From a virus, in UHGV virus genome UHGV-1370646: 48,356 nucleotides of DNA; one strand, written 5' to 3'. The notes below the pieces were generated by a model that searched no databases, was not told the DNA's origin, and was given only the letters and a program-made list of their open reading frames with translations. The stretch's first letter is position 1. The number at the start of each line of letters is the position of its first letter. Positions 8,699 to 17,540 of this stretch are shown here, in pieces. A program made the translations under genes and the position numbers.

Positions 8699-9376
8699 TC
8701 ATGGAATATTCAATATCTTAGCATCTACTACAACCCCTACAATCCTACAGTTTCCGTTAATTTCAATCATCGGATACTGTGGGTTTAAGGGCTTCAGGAA
8801 GCGCCTTCCAGCATCAATTACTAACTTTTTGAAAGTGGCTTCATTATCGCCTTCCAACTTGGCCACAACCAATTTCCCATTAATAGGCTCTACTTCAGGA
8901 TCAACCAGGATAGCTGCACCTTCAGGAATGCTAAGGCCGACAGGAGATGTCATAGAATCGCCGTGGACATCTAACCAGAAAGAATCGTCAGAGCATTCGA
9001 CGGTTGTTTCATACCAGCGGTCAATCGCTCTTCGGTGATAAGGCTCTACTGCTTCCATCCACTGTCCGGCACTAACCCAGCTGATCACTGGGTAGCTCCC
9101 CTGAGGGGTATTTACTGATCTGAATGTTACGTTCGTGTGGTTCTCTTTGGCATGTAACGTATCCATCCAGCCGAAAGGCAGATTGAGTGCAGATTCAATT
9201 TTACGAGCCATTTTATCGCCGATGTTTCTATGAGGTTTATCACCTATCAGCTGACTCAGAGCTGCTGGGCTTGTATCGATAAGCTCTGCAAATTGAGCCT
9301 TGTTCAGGCCTGCATCTACACGCTGCTGTTCGATCAAGTTCTCCAGATTCGCTTTTCTAATCTCTTTACTTTCCAT
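8699..9376 (-). CDS. cI: CI-like prophage repressor (HTH plus LexA-like S24 autocleavage domain)
   Basis: Start chosen at MESKEIRKANLE (ATG 9374-9376). C-terminal GDSM serine and KKL lysine fit the S24 peptidase family. Divergent from cro across an operator region. Confidence 0.85.
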   Translation of the reverse strand: MESKEIRKANLENLIEQQRVDAGLNKAQFAELIDTSPAALSQLIGDKPHRNIGDKMARKIESALNLPFGWMDTLHAKENHTNVTFRSVNTPQGSYPVISWVSAGQWMEAVEPYHRRAIDRWYETTVECSDDSFWLDVHGDSMTSPVGLSIPEGAAILVDPEVEPINGKLVVAKLEGDNEATFKKLVIDAGRRFLKPLNPQYPMIEINGNCRIVGVVVDAKILNIP

Positions 9377-9394
9377 CTGCTCATTTTTGTCATT

Positions 9395-9460
9395 TTTAGC
9401 AGAATGATAAATATGCAAATTGCTAAATCTTTCTTGATTAGTATTTAGCATAACGCTAAA
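9395..9460. promoter_or_regulatory. OR-like operators between cI and cro
   Basis: Perfect 17-bp palindrome TTTAGC-ATAAC-GCTAAA (9444-9460) and TTTAGCA...TGCTAAA (9395-9427). Same half-site as the OL cluster. Confidence 0.55.
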
Positions 9461-9491
9461 CTCCATTTTAAATAAGTCACGGGGAGGTCCC

Positions 9492-9725
9492 ATGAGTAAT
9501 GAACTTTTACGCTGGCGAAAAGATGCCAGCACAGGCGAGTGGGCTCAGTTGGCAAAACTGGCAAACACAACCGTTGGTTATCTGGATCAAATCGCCTATG
9601 GAAACCGTCGGGCATCGCCTGAGAAGGCAGAGGCAATAGAAGAGGCAACCAAAGGGTTTAGCCATTACCAACCCGTATCAAAAGAGAGCCTTGTTTTTTC
9701 ACGTCCGAGATGTTCCGCGGCTTAA
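9492..9725 (+). CDS. cro: Cro-like HTH regulator
   Basis: 77 aa. HTH WAQLAKLANTTVGYLDQIAYG. Divergent from cI. RBS GGGGAGG. Confidence 0.7.
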   Translation: MSNELLRWRKDASTGEWAQLAKLANTTVGYLDQIAYGNRRASPEKAEAIEEATKGFSHYQPVSKESLVFSRPRCSAA

Positions 9726-9743
9726 CAACAGGAAATATCACAA

Positions 9744-10064
9744 ATGCAAAGCGCAATAGCCCGCAACTTAGAACCGCCGATCCTCAACCCGATTGAGCTG
9801 GAAGGGGTTTTACTCAACCGCCTTTCATCCATTGGGCAGAAGGCTTACGCGGAGATATTGGGTATCAGTGAATCAACAGTCAGTCGCAGAAAGGGGGAAG
9901 GGCATTTCGCTGACATAGCAAAAGAGTTGTCCGTGCTTGGTCTGCAGGTTGTGCCGCCTGAAGCGGTAGTGGTTTCCCGGCATTACCTGCAGTCGGTAGA
10001 AACGCTGGCAGATATCGGATTACGTGCAGAGCGGTGCCGACCAGGACCGTTGGGATGGGACTAA
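9744..10064 (+). CDS. cII: CII-like transcriptional activator
   Basis: 106 aa. AYAEILGISESTVSRRKGE parallels lambda CII KTAEAVGVDKSQISRWKRD. Correct position after cro. Confidence 0.55.
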   Translation: MQSAIARNLEPPILNPIELEGVLLNRLSSIGQKAYAEILGISESTVSRRKGEGHFADIAKELSVLGLQVVPPEAVVVSRHYLQSVETLADIGLRAERCRPGPLGWD

Positions 10065-10150
10065 TGAAGGGTAGAAAAGGCGAAAGCCGCAGTGTTCGAG
10101 CACTAACGGCTTTCTACGCGAATTAACTGGATCAATTCACAGGAGTAATT

Positions 10151-10948
10151 ATGAGTTCACTTTACCAGCTTTACAAGCACAAAGACAAAAACGGCACCGG
10201 AACGGTGGTTAACAAAACTTACACCGTTCCTTTGTCAGAGCTGTACGTCGAGCCCGGACTGAATATCCGCGAAATCGACCAGGATCACGTCGCTGAGTTC
10301 CGCGATGCGTTTATCGCCGGCGAGTCGGTGCCTCCGCTGGACGTCCAGGTTACCGAGAAGGGCGTGAAGGTTATCGACGGCCACCACCGCTATTACGGCG
10401 CCATTGAAGCGACGAAAGCAGGCGCTGACATCATCCGGCTTGAGTGCAAAGACTTCGTCGGGAACGAAGCTGATCGTATCGCCTTCATGGTTACCCGGAA
10501 CCAGGGCAAGCCTCTCACTGCTCTGGAACGCGCAGCTGCATATCAGCGTTTGAGAAATCAGGGGTGGGAACCGGACGAGATCGCGAAGAAGGTTAAGCGT
10601 TCTCTGTCCGACGTCGACTATCACCTGCATTTGCTGACCTGTGGAGAAGAGCTGATCAGCATGGTGCGTGCCGGCGAGGTATCCCCAACAACCGCGGTTG
10701 CACTATCCCGCGAGCACGGCCCCCAGGCGGCCTCTGTAGCCATTCGCCAGATGGATAAGGCCAGAGCGTCAGGTAAATCGAAATTAACCCGCAGCGCGGC
10801 GCTGCCGCAGTTTAGCGCAGCAAAGGCGCGCCAGTTTCTCCAGATAGTCGCTGATCAGGCTGACATTGAACTGCCAGCTGATGCGCGCGCCATCCTGGAT
10901 AACTATCGCGAATTCCTGAAAGAGGCCGGCTGGGAGAGTGAAGCATGA
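10151..10948 (+). CDS. ParB-like nuclease-domain protein
   Basis: 265 aa. The N-terminal region with LNIREIDQDHV...IDGHHRYYG resembles the ParB/Srx fold. Confidence 0.55.
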   Translation: MSSLYQLYKHKDKNGTGTVVNKTYTVPLSELYVEPGLNIREIDQDHVAEFRDAFIAGESVPPLDVQVTEKGVKVIDGHHRYYGAIEATKAGADIIRLECKDFVGNEADRIAFMVTRNQGKPLTALERAAAYQRLRNQGWEPDEIAKKVKRSLSDVDYHLHLLTCGEELISMVRAGEVSPTTAVALSREHGPQAASVAIRQMDKARASGKSKLTRSAALPQFSAAKARQFLQIVADQADIELPADARAILDNYREFLKEAGWESEA

Positions 10949-11973
10949 ACACCGCAGAAATACTCAAGTTTCCCGGCGCCGCGCCGGGGCAATTCAGGAG
11001 CAACCGGATGGAAAACCAGAAATCTGGCTACATCCCGTTGTACCGGAGCGTTCTCAAGCAGTCCTGGGCAAAAGATGTGTACCTCAGAACCCTGTGGGAA
11101 AACCTGCTGCTTAATGCTGCTCGTCAGCCATTCAAAGCGACTTTCAAAGGTCATGAGTGGTCACTGCTGCCCGGACAACTGGTGGTCACAGCGGCCGATT
11201 TAGGGCTGCAGCTTTGCGACCGGAAAGGGAATCCTACTAGTCGCGATTCAGTGGAGAGAATGCTGGCCGTTTTTGTGCGCGAAGGGATGATTTCTATCGA
11301 AGGCGAGAAGCAAAAAGGGAGAGTGATCACCATCACAAATTTTGCAGAATATGCTCAAAAAACAGACAATTTACCCGCACATGAAGCCGCACATGAAGCC
11401 GCACATACTTGCGCACATGACGAGTCCAGCAATGGCGCGGGTTTGAAGGTGGTACCCGCACATGATGGCGCACATGAAGCCGCACAAACAACCGCACAAC
11501 ATGAACAAGAAGGTAATAACAAGAATAAAAACATTAAAAGATCTTCGTCCGAGAATTCTGGCGAATCCTCTGACGCCCGCCTGAAGAAATTTTTGTCTGC
11601 TCATCCTGATGCTGCGGTTTACACACCCAGCGGCAGCAAGTGGGGAACCGCCGAAGACGTTCGCGTTGCCGAGTGGATTTTCTCCAGGGTCAGGATGATC
11701 AACCCAACCTGCAAAACCCCTGACATGACCGCTTGGTCAAACACGGTTCGACTGATGCGTCAGATCGACAATCGTAGCCACCAGGATATCTGCGGCATGT
11801 ACGACTGGGCCAGCAAAGACTCGTTCTGGCATCGCAACATCCTGAGCCCTGATGCGCTGCGCAAGCAGTGGGACAAGTTGACCATGCAGCGCAGCGCGCC
11901 AGGGATTCAGGTTGCCTGGAAGCCAAAAGTCGACCTGAACAACACTGACTGGATTTACGGGGTGCTCGAATGA
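10945..11973 (+). CDS. O: Replication initiator, lambda O-like
   Basis: 342 aa. Origin iterons and an AT-rich block are embedded in the gene, as in lambda O. The C-terminal part (GSKWGTAEDVRVAEWIFSRVRMINPTCKTPDM...) resembles the O C-terminal domain. Followed directly by a P homolog. Confidence 0.75.
   Translation: MNTAEILKFPGAAPGQFRSNRMENQKSGYIPLYRSVLKQSWAKDVYLRTLWENLLLNAARQPFKATFKGHEWSLLPGQLVVTAADLGLQLCDRKGNPTSRDSVERMLAVFVREGMISIEGEKQKGRVITITNFAEYAQKTDNLPAHEAAHEAAHTCAHDESSNGAGLKVVPAHDGAHEAAQTTAQHEQEGNNKNKNIKRSSSENSGESSDARLKKFLSAHPDAAVYTPSGSKWGTAEDVRVAEWIFSRVRMINPTCKTPDMTAWSNTVRLMRQIDNRSHQDICGMYDWASKDSFWHRNILSPDALRKQWDKLTMQRSAPGIQVAWKPKVDLNNTDWIYGVLE
11374..11545. repeat. Replication origin inside the O gene: about 8 iterons with core (C)CGCACA(T/A)G, then an AT-rich block
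   Basis: Tandem CCGCACATGAAG x2, CCGCACATACTTG, CGCACATGACGAG, CCCGCACATGATGG, CGCACATGAAGCC, GCACAAACAACC, GCACAACATGAAC. Then AAGGTAATAACAAGAATAAAAACATTAAAAG. Confidence 0.65.
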
Positions 11974-12707
11974 AATCAATCGCTGAAAGCATGCACAACT
12001 TCGATCGGGAAAATTTCCAGCGCGTGGCTGCCGGGCTTCCTGAAATGCAGGACGAGCAGGCAGTAAAGCGCCAGGCGGCAAAGACTGCGGAGATCTTCAA
12101 CGAACTGTTCCGCCAGTTGCTCGCTGTGTTTCCGGCGCTGGCCAGCAAAACACCCGAGGAGATGAACGAGATGCGCCGGCAGTGGCTCCTGGCGTTCAAG
12201 GAAAACGGGATTGTCTCCATGGAGCAAATCAACGCCGGAATGCGCGTTGCCCGCAAACAGGATCGCCCATTCATGCCATCGCCGGGTCAGTTTGTCGCCT
12301 GGTGCAAATCGGAATCAGCCGTATCTTCCGGACTGCCGGATGCAGTGGAGCTGGTCGATATGGTTTACCAGTACTGCAGGACCCGCGGGCAATACCCGGA
12401 TGCTGAATCCTATCCGTGGCCAGAGCACAACGTCACACCGGTAACGCTGAAGCACAAAGCCTGCTACTGGATGGTTACTGGCCTGTACGCAGACATGCGC
12501 GCAAACGGCCTCAGTGACGCTGAGCTGCGTCGTAAGGCGCAGGATGAGCTGATGCGTATGGTGCGTCGTTTAAACGCAGGAGAAGCGATTCCAGAGCCGG
12601 TTAAGCAGATTCCAAAACTTGGCGGTCGGCCATTAAGTCAGGAGCAGGGGTTAAACAAAATCGCAGAAATTCGGGCGAAATTTGGACTGGGGAGAGGGCG
12701 GTCATGA
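11970..12707 (+). CDS. P: Replication protein P (DnaB helicase loader)
   Basis: Near-collinear identity to lambda P along the whole length (MKNIAAQMVNFDRE... / ...GEAIPEPVKQLP..GGRPL...AKIAEIKAKFGL). Confidence 0.95.
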   Translation: MKSIAESMHNFDRENFQRVAAGLPEMQDEQAVKRQAAKTAEIFNELFRQLLAVFPALASKTPEEMNEMRRQWLLAFKENGIVSMEQINAGMRVARKQDRPFMPSPGQFVAWCKSESAVSSGLPDAVELVDMVYQYCRTRGQYPDAESYPWPEHNVTPVTLKHKACYWMVTGLYADMRANGLSDAELRRKAQDELMRMVRRLNAGEAIPEPVKQIPKLGGRPLSQEQGLNKIAEIRAKFGLGRGRS

Positions 12708-13006
12708 AAAAGAACTCTGGCAAACAAGCCGTTATTAACTTCATCGGCCAGCATCCTGGCTGCAACTTTCAGGATATCCGCCGCGGCACCGGGCTTGACT
12801 CTTCAGTGGTCAATTCCTCCCTGTGGCAGATGCACCGTGACGGCCAGGTTAAGCGTGAGGGTGAGTGCAGGAGCTACCGCTACACCCTGATTGACACAAC
12901 AGCCGTAACCGACAGCGATCCGTCTGTTCAGTATCGCCAGCGTCCTGGCGGTGTAAACCCAATGACCAAACTGTTTAACCAGTGCCTGGCGGGAGTAAGA
13001 AAATGA
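12704..13006 (+). CDS. Hypothetical nin-region protein
   Basis: 100-aa ORF, ATGA-coupled to P. Confidence 0.45.
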   Translation: MKKNSGKQAVINFIGQHPGCNFQDIRRGTGLDSSVVNSSLWQMHRDGQVKREGECRSYRYTLIDTTAVTDSDPSVQYRQRPGGVNPMTKLFNQCLAGVRK

Positions 13007-13227
13007 TTTTTCTGAAATTAACACAAAAAATCGTGGTACAGCACCAGGGTGCATACGGTTGGGAACCAGAAACAGTCTACGAGCCTGTGTTTGTTGCTGC
13101 AGACCACATCGCCAGCATGTATTTCGCTGGTCTGACGATTCTGAAAATGACCTCCGGAGAACGCATTGACGTGAAAGAGACCCCGGAAGAAATCATCGCC
13201 ATGCTCGCAGAAGGAGCCGCCAAATGA
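13003..13227 (+). CDS. Hypothetical protein
   Basis: Start at MIFLKLTQK, overlapping the upstream stop. The track's longer form starts at 12982. Confidence 0.4.
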   Translation: MIFLKLTQKIVVQHQGAYGWEPETVYEPVFVAADHIASMYFAGLTILKMTSGERIDVKETPEEIIAMLAEGAAK

Positions 13228-13673
13228 CTATCACACTACAGGCTGTAAATGAGCTCATCGCCTCCCTTGAGAGCGCAGGCGAGCCGTCGATCAGAGAGCA
13301 GAAGTTCCTGAAGCTGGCGAAAGCGTACCAGCAGCTGGCTGCGGAGAATGCGGGGCTGAAGGCTGGCATTGCAGAAGAAATTGAAGTTATCAATCGTGGC
13401 GGTCAGGCGTACTGCGTGAAGGACGGCATGTCCATAAACCCGATATATGCGCGCGGATGGAATGACCACCGGGCTAATTTGGCAGCGGAAAAAACCCCCG
13501 CCACCGATCGCATCGTAGCCGGGATTAAGGCTGATGGGGTGGAGGATATGGCTAACCTTTTTTTCAAATTAGCCAAAGATGAGGCGAATAGTTTGATTGC
13601 CGAGCAATGGCGCGAATCAGGTCGAGTTGCTAATGAGCAGGCCAAGCAGCTGCGCGAGGGGGCCGACAAATGA
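13224..13673 (+). CDS. Hypothetical protein
   Basis: 149-aa ORF, ATGA-coupled. Confidence 0.45.
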   Translation: MTITLQAVNELIASLESAGEPSIREQKFLKLAKAYQQLAAENAGLKAGIAEEIEVINRGGQAYCVKDGMSINPIYARGWNDHRANLAAEKTPATDRIVAGIKADGVEDMANLFFKLAKDEANSLIAEQWRESGRVANEQAKQLREGADK

Positions 13674-14314
13674 GCAACCGTTTTTACATGCTTTGCACGC
13701 GAGAAACTGTGGGGAGCAACGCCTCGTTTCATTGCCATAACGGAAACGGATACAGCTCCAATATCGACCGCGCGCACGTTTATACGCAGGAAGAGGCGCA
13801 GAGATGCTGGGACTACGGGAGAGAGATTGACCAGCCGATTTGCGCTGATGCTGTTGATGCCCTGGCTGTATGGCATGTGGATTGCCAGTACATCCCATGC
13901 GATAGCGTGGTTGAGCAAGGTTGCAGCGCATACGTTGCGTATAAAAAAGGTGACTGGAACGGGAACGATGTTTACTGGTTACAAAGCGGAGGGTTGCCAA
14001 CCGATGATTTCAGCAAGGCATTCGTTTTTGTATCAGCCAACACGGATGAGCCAGGCGTTGTGTGGCTGCCCTTCCATATGGCAGATGCAGTAAAGCGCCG
14101 CACGTTCAATATCAATGATTTCAACCGCCGAACTATGGTTCAAGGTGCCGGACTGGTGATGCCTGAATGGCTAAAAAAATACAATCGCAGACAGAAGGCA
14201 AAAAGTGGAAAGGTTCGCTGGAACTGCCCACATTGTGGCCGCATTACCTGGCAATACAACCCATACGACTTTGATGGATGCAGCAATTATAGCTGCGAAG
14301 GATGGCGAGCATGA
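13670..14314 (+). CDS. Cys-rich hypothetical protein with a C-terminal zinc-ribbon (WNCPHCGRITW...CSNYSCEGW)
   Basis: 214-aa ORF with many conserved-looking Cys/His. No family recognised. Confidence 0.5.
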   Translation: MSNRFYMLCTRETVGSNASFHCHNGNGYSSNIDRAHVYTQEEAQRCWDYGREIDQPICADAVDALAVWHVDCQYIPCDSVVEQGCSAYVAYKKGDWNGNDVYWLQSGGLPTDDFSKAFVFVSANTDEPGVVWLPFHMADAVKRRTFNINDFNRRTMVQGAGLVMPEWLKKYNRRQKAKSGKVRWNCPHCGRITWQYNPYDFDGCSNYSCEGWRA

Positions 14315-14838
14315 CAACTGATATCACCGAACTGGCGGCAGCTATGAAAGCGGCAGCTATGAAAGCGACGCCCGGTCAATGGGTGGCATTTACCCATACA
14401 GACTCTCGGACCTTCTCAGTGCATACGCCAGATGACAAACGTTGCGGGGACGTCATTAAGTGGGCTGGTTTTGACGGTCAGCGCAAAGCAAAGGCGAATG
14501 CAGAGTTTATCGCCCTGGCTAACCCTACCAACGTCCTCGCGCTGGTAGAGGCGCTGGAGAAGGCGCAGACCAAAGCAGATGTATACGACATGCTTCGGGA
14601 TGGCTACGGTTTACGCGAAAAAGGTGTTGGCCTTGCAGACTTAGTTGACTGGCAAGCTAAGCGCATCGCCGAGCTGGAGTCCCGCACCGTCACCGTGAAG
14701 CTGCCACAACGACTTCAGCCAGGCGCTGATGGTTGGGATGACTGGTATGTGCACAGCGACGATGAAGGAGAATATCTCAAGTTTGATGATGTGCTGGCAA
14801 TGCTAACCGACGCTGGCATCAAGGTGGAGGCTGAGTGA
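14302..14838 (+). CDS. Hypothetical protein (possibly Ead/Ea22-like)
   Basis: 178-aa ORF. The family is only a guess. Confidence 0.45.
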   Translation: MASMTTDITELAAAMKAAAMKATPGQWVAFTHTDSRTFSVHTPDDKRCGDVIKWAGFDGQRKAKANAEFIALANPTNVLALVEALEKAQTKADVYDMLRDGYGLREKGVGLADLVDWQAKRIAELESRTVTVKLPQRLQPGADGWDDWYVHSDDEGEYLKFDDVLAMLTDAGIKVEAE

Positions 14839-15014
14839 TGTTCATGATCGAAAGCCCTGAGCAGCGCCTGAAGCGAGTTCTCAAAGAAAACGCAGGTAAA
14901 TTCACCATCGACGAAGACGGCGGCATCCATACCAACTGGCGGCATCCAGATGTGCAGGAAACCATGCGTAAGCATTTTGAATCGCTGAGAAAAATTAAGG
15001 TGGAACGGCAATGA
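14838..15014 (+). CDS. Small hypothetical protein (58 aa)
   Basis: Not in the track. TGATG overlap upstream and ATGA overlap downstream. Confidence 0.35.
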   Translation: MFMIESPEQRLKRVLKENAGKFTIDEDGGIHTNWRHPDVQETMRKHFESLRKIKVERQ

Positions 15015-15604
15015 CCAGCAAATTATCCAGAGATCGCCTGCAGGAAATCGCTGAAGACGGTTTCCTGAAGCATGGCGAAAGCAAAGCGTTGGCCCGTATG
15101 GCGCTGGCCGCAATGGACAGCGAGCCGGTGGCGCTTCAACCTGAGCTGGCAAAAGTTATCTATCACTTCCGTGACTGGAATGAAGGATTTCCGGTTGAGC
15201 GGTTCAAGGCCGACTACGTCATTAGTTGGATGCTGGCAAATTATCCGCCAGCGCCGCCAGCGCCGGTAGTTCCTGAATTGATGGTGGATTGGCAGGAAAA
15301 TGAGTTTAGCGCAGGCTGGAACGCCTGCCGAGCCTCCATGCTAGCAGCCGCCCCGCAGTCACCCGGCAGTGAACCCGCTACCGTGCCGGGTAAATGGATT
15401 CCGGTAAGCGAGCGCATGCCGCCCAATCGTCATGAGGTTTTGGTCGGGTGTTGGTGGGGAGAGAAGCCGCGGTGGTGTTGCAAATGGGCAACGTATATCC
15501 CTGGACACCCTGATGCGCAGAGTAGCGGCTGGTTGATCCCCGGCGCGTCATGGACACCAACTCACTGGATGCCGCTGCCAGCAGCGCCGCAGGAGGTGAA
15601 ATGA
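15011..15604 (+). CDS. DUF551-like phage protein
   Basis: 197 aa. C-terminal WIPVSERMPP...THWMPLPAAP matches the DUF551 signature as I remember it. Confidence 0.5.
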   Translation: MTSKLSRDRLQEIAEDGFLKHGESKALARMALAAMDSEPVALQPELAKVIYHFRDWNEGFPVERFKADYVISWMLANYPPAPPAPVVPELMVDWQENEFSAGWNACRASMLAAAPQSPGSEPATVPGKWIPVSERMPPNRHEVLVGCWWGEKPRWCCKWATYIPGHPDAQSSGWLIPGASWTPTHWMPLPAAPQEVK

Positions 15605-15792
15605 TGCCGTACTTCTTCCTGATTTTCGTCATCAGCAGCAATACATCGAATATGCAGGTGGTTCCCATGCAGAGTATGGAGCAGTGCAAAGCAGCCATTA
15701 AGGCGATGAAAGTTGCAGATGATAAGAGGTCCTGGGACGACGTTTCGCCAAGCGTAGATAATATTCAATGCGTAGAGGTAAACGGTGCCTAA
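15601..15792 (+). CDS. Small secreted/membrane protein (63 aa)
   Basis: Start MMPYFFLIFVISS directly after RBS AGGAGGTG. ATGA overlap with the upstream gene. Hydrophobic N-terminus. Confidence 0.4.
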   Translation: MMPYFFLIFVISSNTSNMQVVPMQSMEQCKAAIKAMKVADDKRSWDDVSPSVDNIQCVEVNGA

Positions 15793-15829
15793 ATCCCCCG
15801 CAGAACGCAAAGCCATCCGCTAATCTCAA

Positions 15830-15852
15830 CCCCTCTCCGGAGGGGTTTTTAT
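15830..15852 (+). terminator. Rho-independent terminator
   Basis: CCCCTC-TCCG-GAGGGG followed by TTTTTAT. Confidence 0.65.
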
Positions 15853-15948
15853 CGTATATGCTCATTTTGCTTTTCTCCCCGGGAAGGGCGATAATTACCT
15901 CGTCAGCCTGAGCAACTGACACGATTATCCGGCGCCAAGTGGGGACAC

Positions 15949-16545
15949 ATGGCGCAAACACTGCAATTTGAGAAGAGTTATCAAAACGTACTGATTCCCG
16001 CAGAGCCGGGAACCAGCGAATACCTGCAACTTATCCCCGTGGGGCAACTGCTTTGCGGTGAGTTCCGCAAGCCCCGGAATTACGCATTCCACAAGAAGTT
16101 CTTCAAACTTCTGACTCTCGGGTATCACTACTGGACGCCTTCCGGTGGTCTCATTGAGCCCGCGGAGCGCAACCTCATATCCGGGTTTATCGACTTCCTT
16201 TCATCCGACCTCGATCAGCGCGCTGCACTCCAGAACGCCGCGGAGATGTATCTCTCCTCGGTCGGCATTTCTCGTTCCCGCGATATGGCGCTTCTGAAAC
16301 ACTTCGAATCCTTCCGCGAGTGGGCAACCATTCAGGCTGGCTTTTACGACGAATACCAGATGCCTGACGGTAGCCGTCGTCGTGTCGCAAAGTCGATCTC
16401 CTTCGCCAGCATGGACGACAGCCAGTTCAACGGCGTCTACAAATCAGTGCTGAATGTGCTCTGGAACTACATTCTGCGTCGCAAGTTCCACTCGCCGGCT
16501 GAGGCTGAAAACGCCGCCAGTCAGCTGCTGAGCTTTGCGGGGTGA
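15949..16545 (+). CDS. Hypothetical nin-region protein
   Basis: 198-aa ORF upstream of the ybcO-like and rusA genes. Confidence 0.5.
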   Translation: MAQTLQFEKSYQNVLIPAEPGTSEYLQLIPVGQLLCGEFRKPRNYAFHKKFFKLLTLGYHYWTPSGGLIEPAERNLISGFIDFLSSDLDQRAALQNAAEMYLSSVGISRSRDMALLKHFESFREWATIQAGFYDEYQMPDGSRRRVAKSISFASMDDSQFNGVYKSVLNVLWNYILRRKFHSPAEAENAASQLLSFAG

Positions 16546-16751
16546 TGGCGATGAAATACTCATGGTTCCAGCATCCCGACTGCACAACCGAGCAGGCCGA
16601 ACAGTTAGTGTCCAGATATCAGGCGCGAGGCATTGTCACAGAGAAAAGCCTTAACGCGGATTATCTGAGTTGGACGGTCAGCGCCCGGCTGCCGGTTTGT
16701 GTTCGCCCGGAGCATACTCCGCGATCACTTCGTCAACGTATATGGGGGTGA
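16542..16751 (+). CDS. Hypothetical small protein
   Basis: 69-aa ORF, ATGA-coupled. Confidence 0.4.
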   Translation: MMAMKYSWFQHPDCTTEQAEQLVSRYQARGIVTEKSLNADYLSWTVSARLPVCVRPEHTPRSLRQRIWG

Positions 16752-16753
16752 GC

Positions 16754-17044
16754 ATGGCCAATCTTCGTAAAGCAGCTCGCGGTCGTGAATGCCAGGTTCG
16801 CATCCCGGGCGTCTGCAACGGCAACTCAGAAACCACGGTATTGGCCCATATCCGCATTGCTGGATTGTGCGGGACCGGGATTAAGCCGCCTGATCTGATC
16901 GCCGCTATCGCCTGTTCATCCTGTCACGATGAAATAGACCGCCGCACGCGCCTGGTAGATGCGGAGTATGCGAAGGAGTGCGCGCTGGAGGGAATGGCCA
17001 GAACGCAGGTTATCTGGATGAAAGAGGGGCTGATAAAAGCATGA
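16754..17044 (+). CDS. ybcO: YbcO-like (DUF1364) putative nuclease
   Basis: Start [24 protein letters not shown]... after a GGGGGTGAG RBS. Conserved Cys/His cluster. Lies just upstream of rusA, as ybcO does in DLP12. Confidence 0.55.
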   Translation: MANLRKAARGRECQVRIPGVCNGNSETTVLAHIRIAGLCGTGIKPPDLIAAIACSSCHDEIDRRTRLVDAEYAKECALEGMARTQVIWMKEGLIKA

Positions 17045-17403
17045 ACCAATATCGAATTTCATTACCCTGGCCACCAAGCAACAACCGCTACTACCGGCAT
17101 AACCGGGGGCGCACACACATCAGCGCGGAAGGGCAGGCATACCGCGACAGTGTCGCCAGAATCATCAAAGACTTGATGCTTGATATCGGCCTTTCCACGC
17201 CACTGAGAATCCGTATTGAGTGCCACATGCCGGATCGCCGGCGCCGTGACCTGGACAACCTGCAAAAAGCTGCATTCGACGCCCTGACGAAATCGGGTTT
17301 CTGGCTCGATGACCAGCAGGTTGACTACTACAGCGTGAAGAGAATGCCTGTCGTCAAAGGTGGGCGGCTTGAGCTAACCATTACCGAAATGGAGGCCGCA
17401 TGA
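17041..17403 (+). CDS. rusA: Holliday-junction resolvase RusA
   Basis: Start [26 protein letters not shown]... Near-identical along its length to E. coli RusA ([31 protein letters not shown]...[25 protein letters not shown]). Confidence 0.95.
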   Translation: MNQYRISLPWPPSNNRYYRHNRGRTHISAEGQAYRDSVARIIKDLMLDIGLSTPLRIRIECHMPDRRRRDLDNLQKAAFDALTKSGFWLDDQQVDYYSVKRMPVVKGGRLELTITEMEAA

Positions 17404-17540
17404 ACCGTGAAGTTATCGAACGCATCCACGACCGCTGGCAAAAGCTCCGTCTCTGCCGGCACCGCGGCACCGTACTGGTTGACTACCGAATTTTGAAGAA
17501 TTTCGTCCGCATCTATCAGGCTTCAGGAGAGAAAGCATGA
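17400..17540 (+). CDS. Small ORF (46 aa) coupled between rusA and Q
   Basis: ATGA overlaps on both ends. Not in the track. Confidence 0.3.
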   Translation: MNREVIERIHDRWQKLRLCRHRGTVLVDYRILKNFVRIYQASGEKA

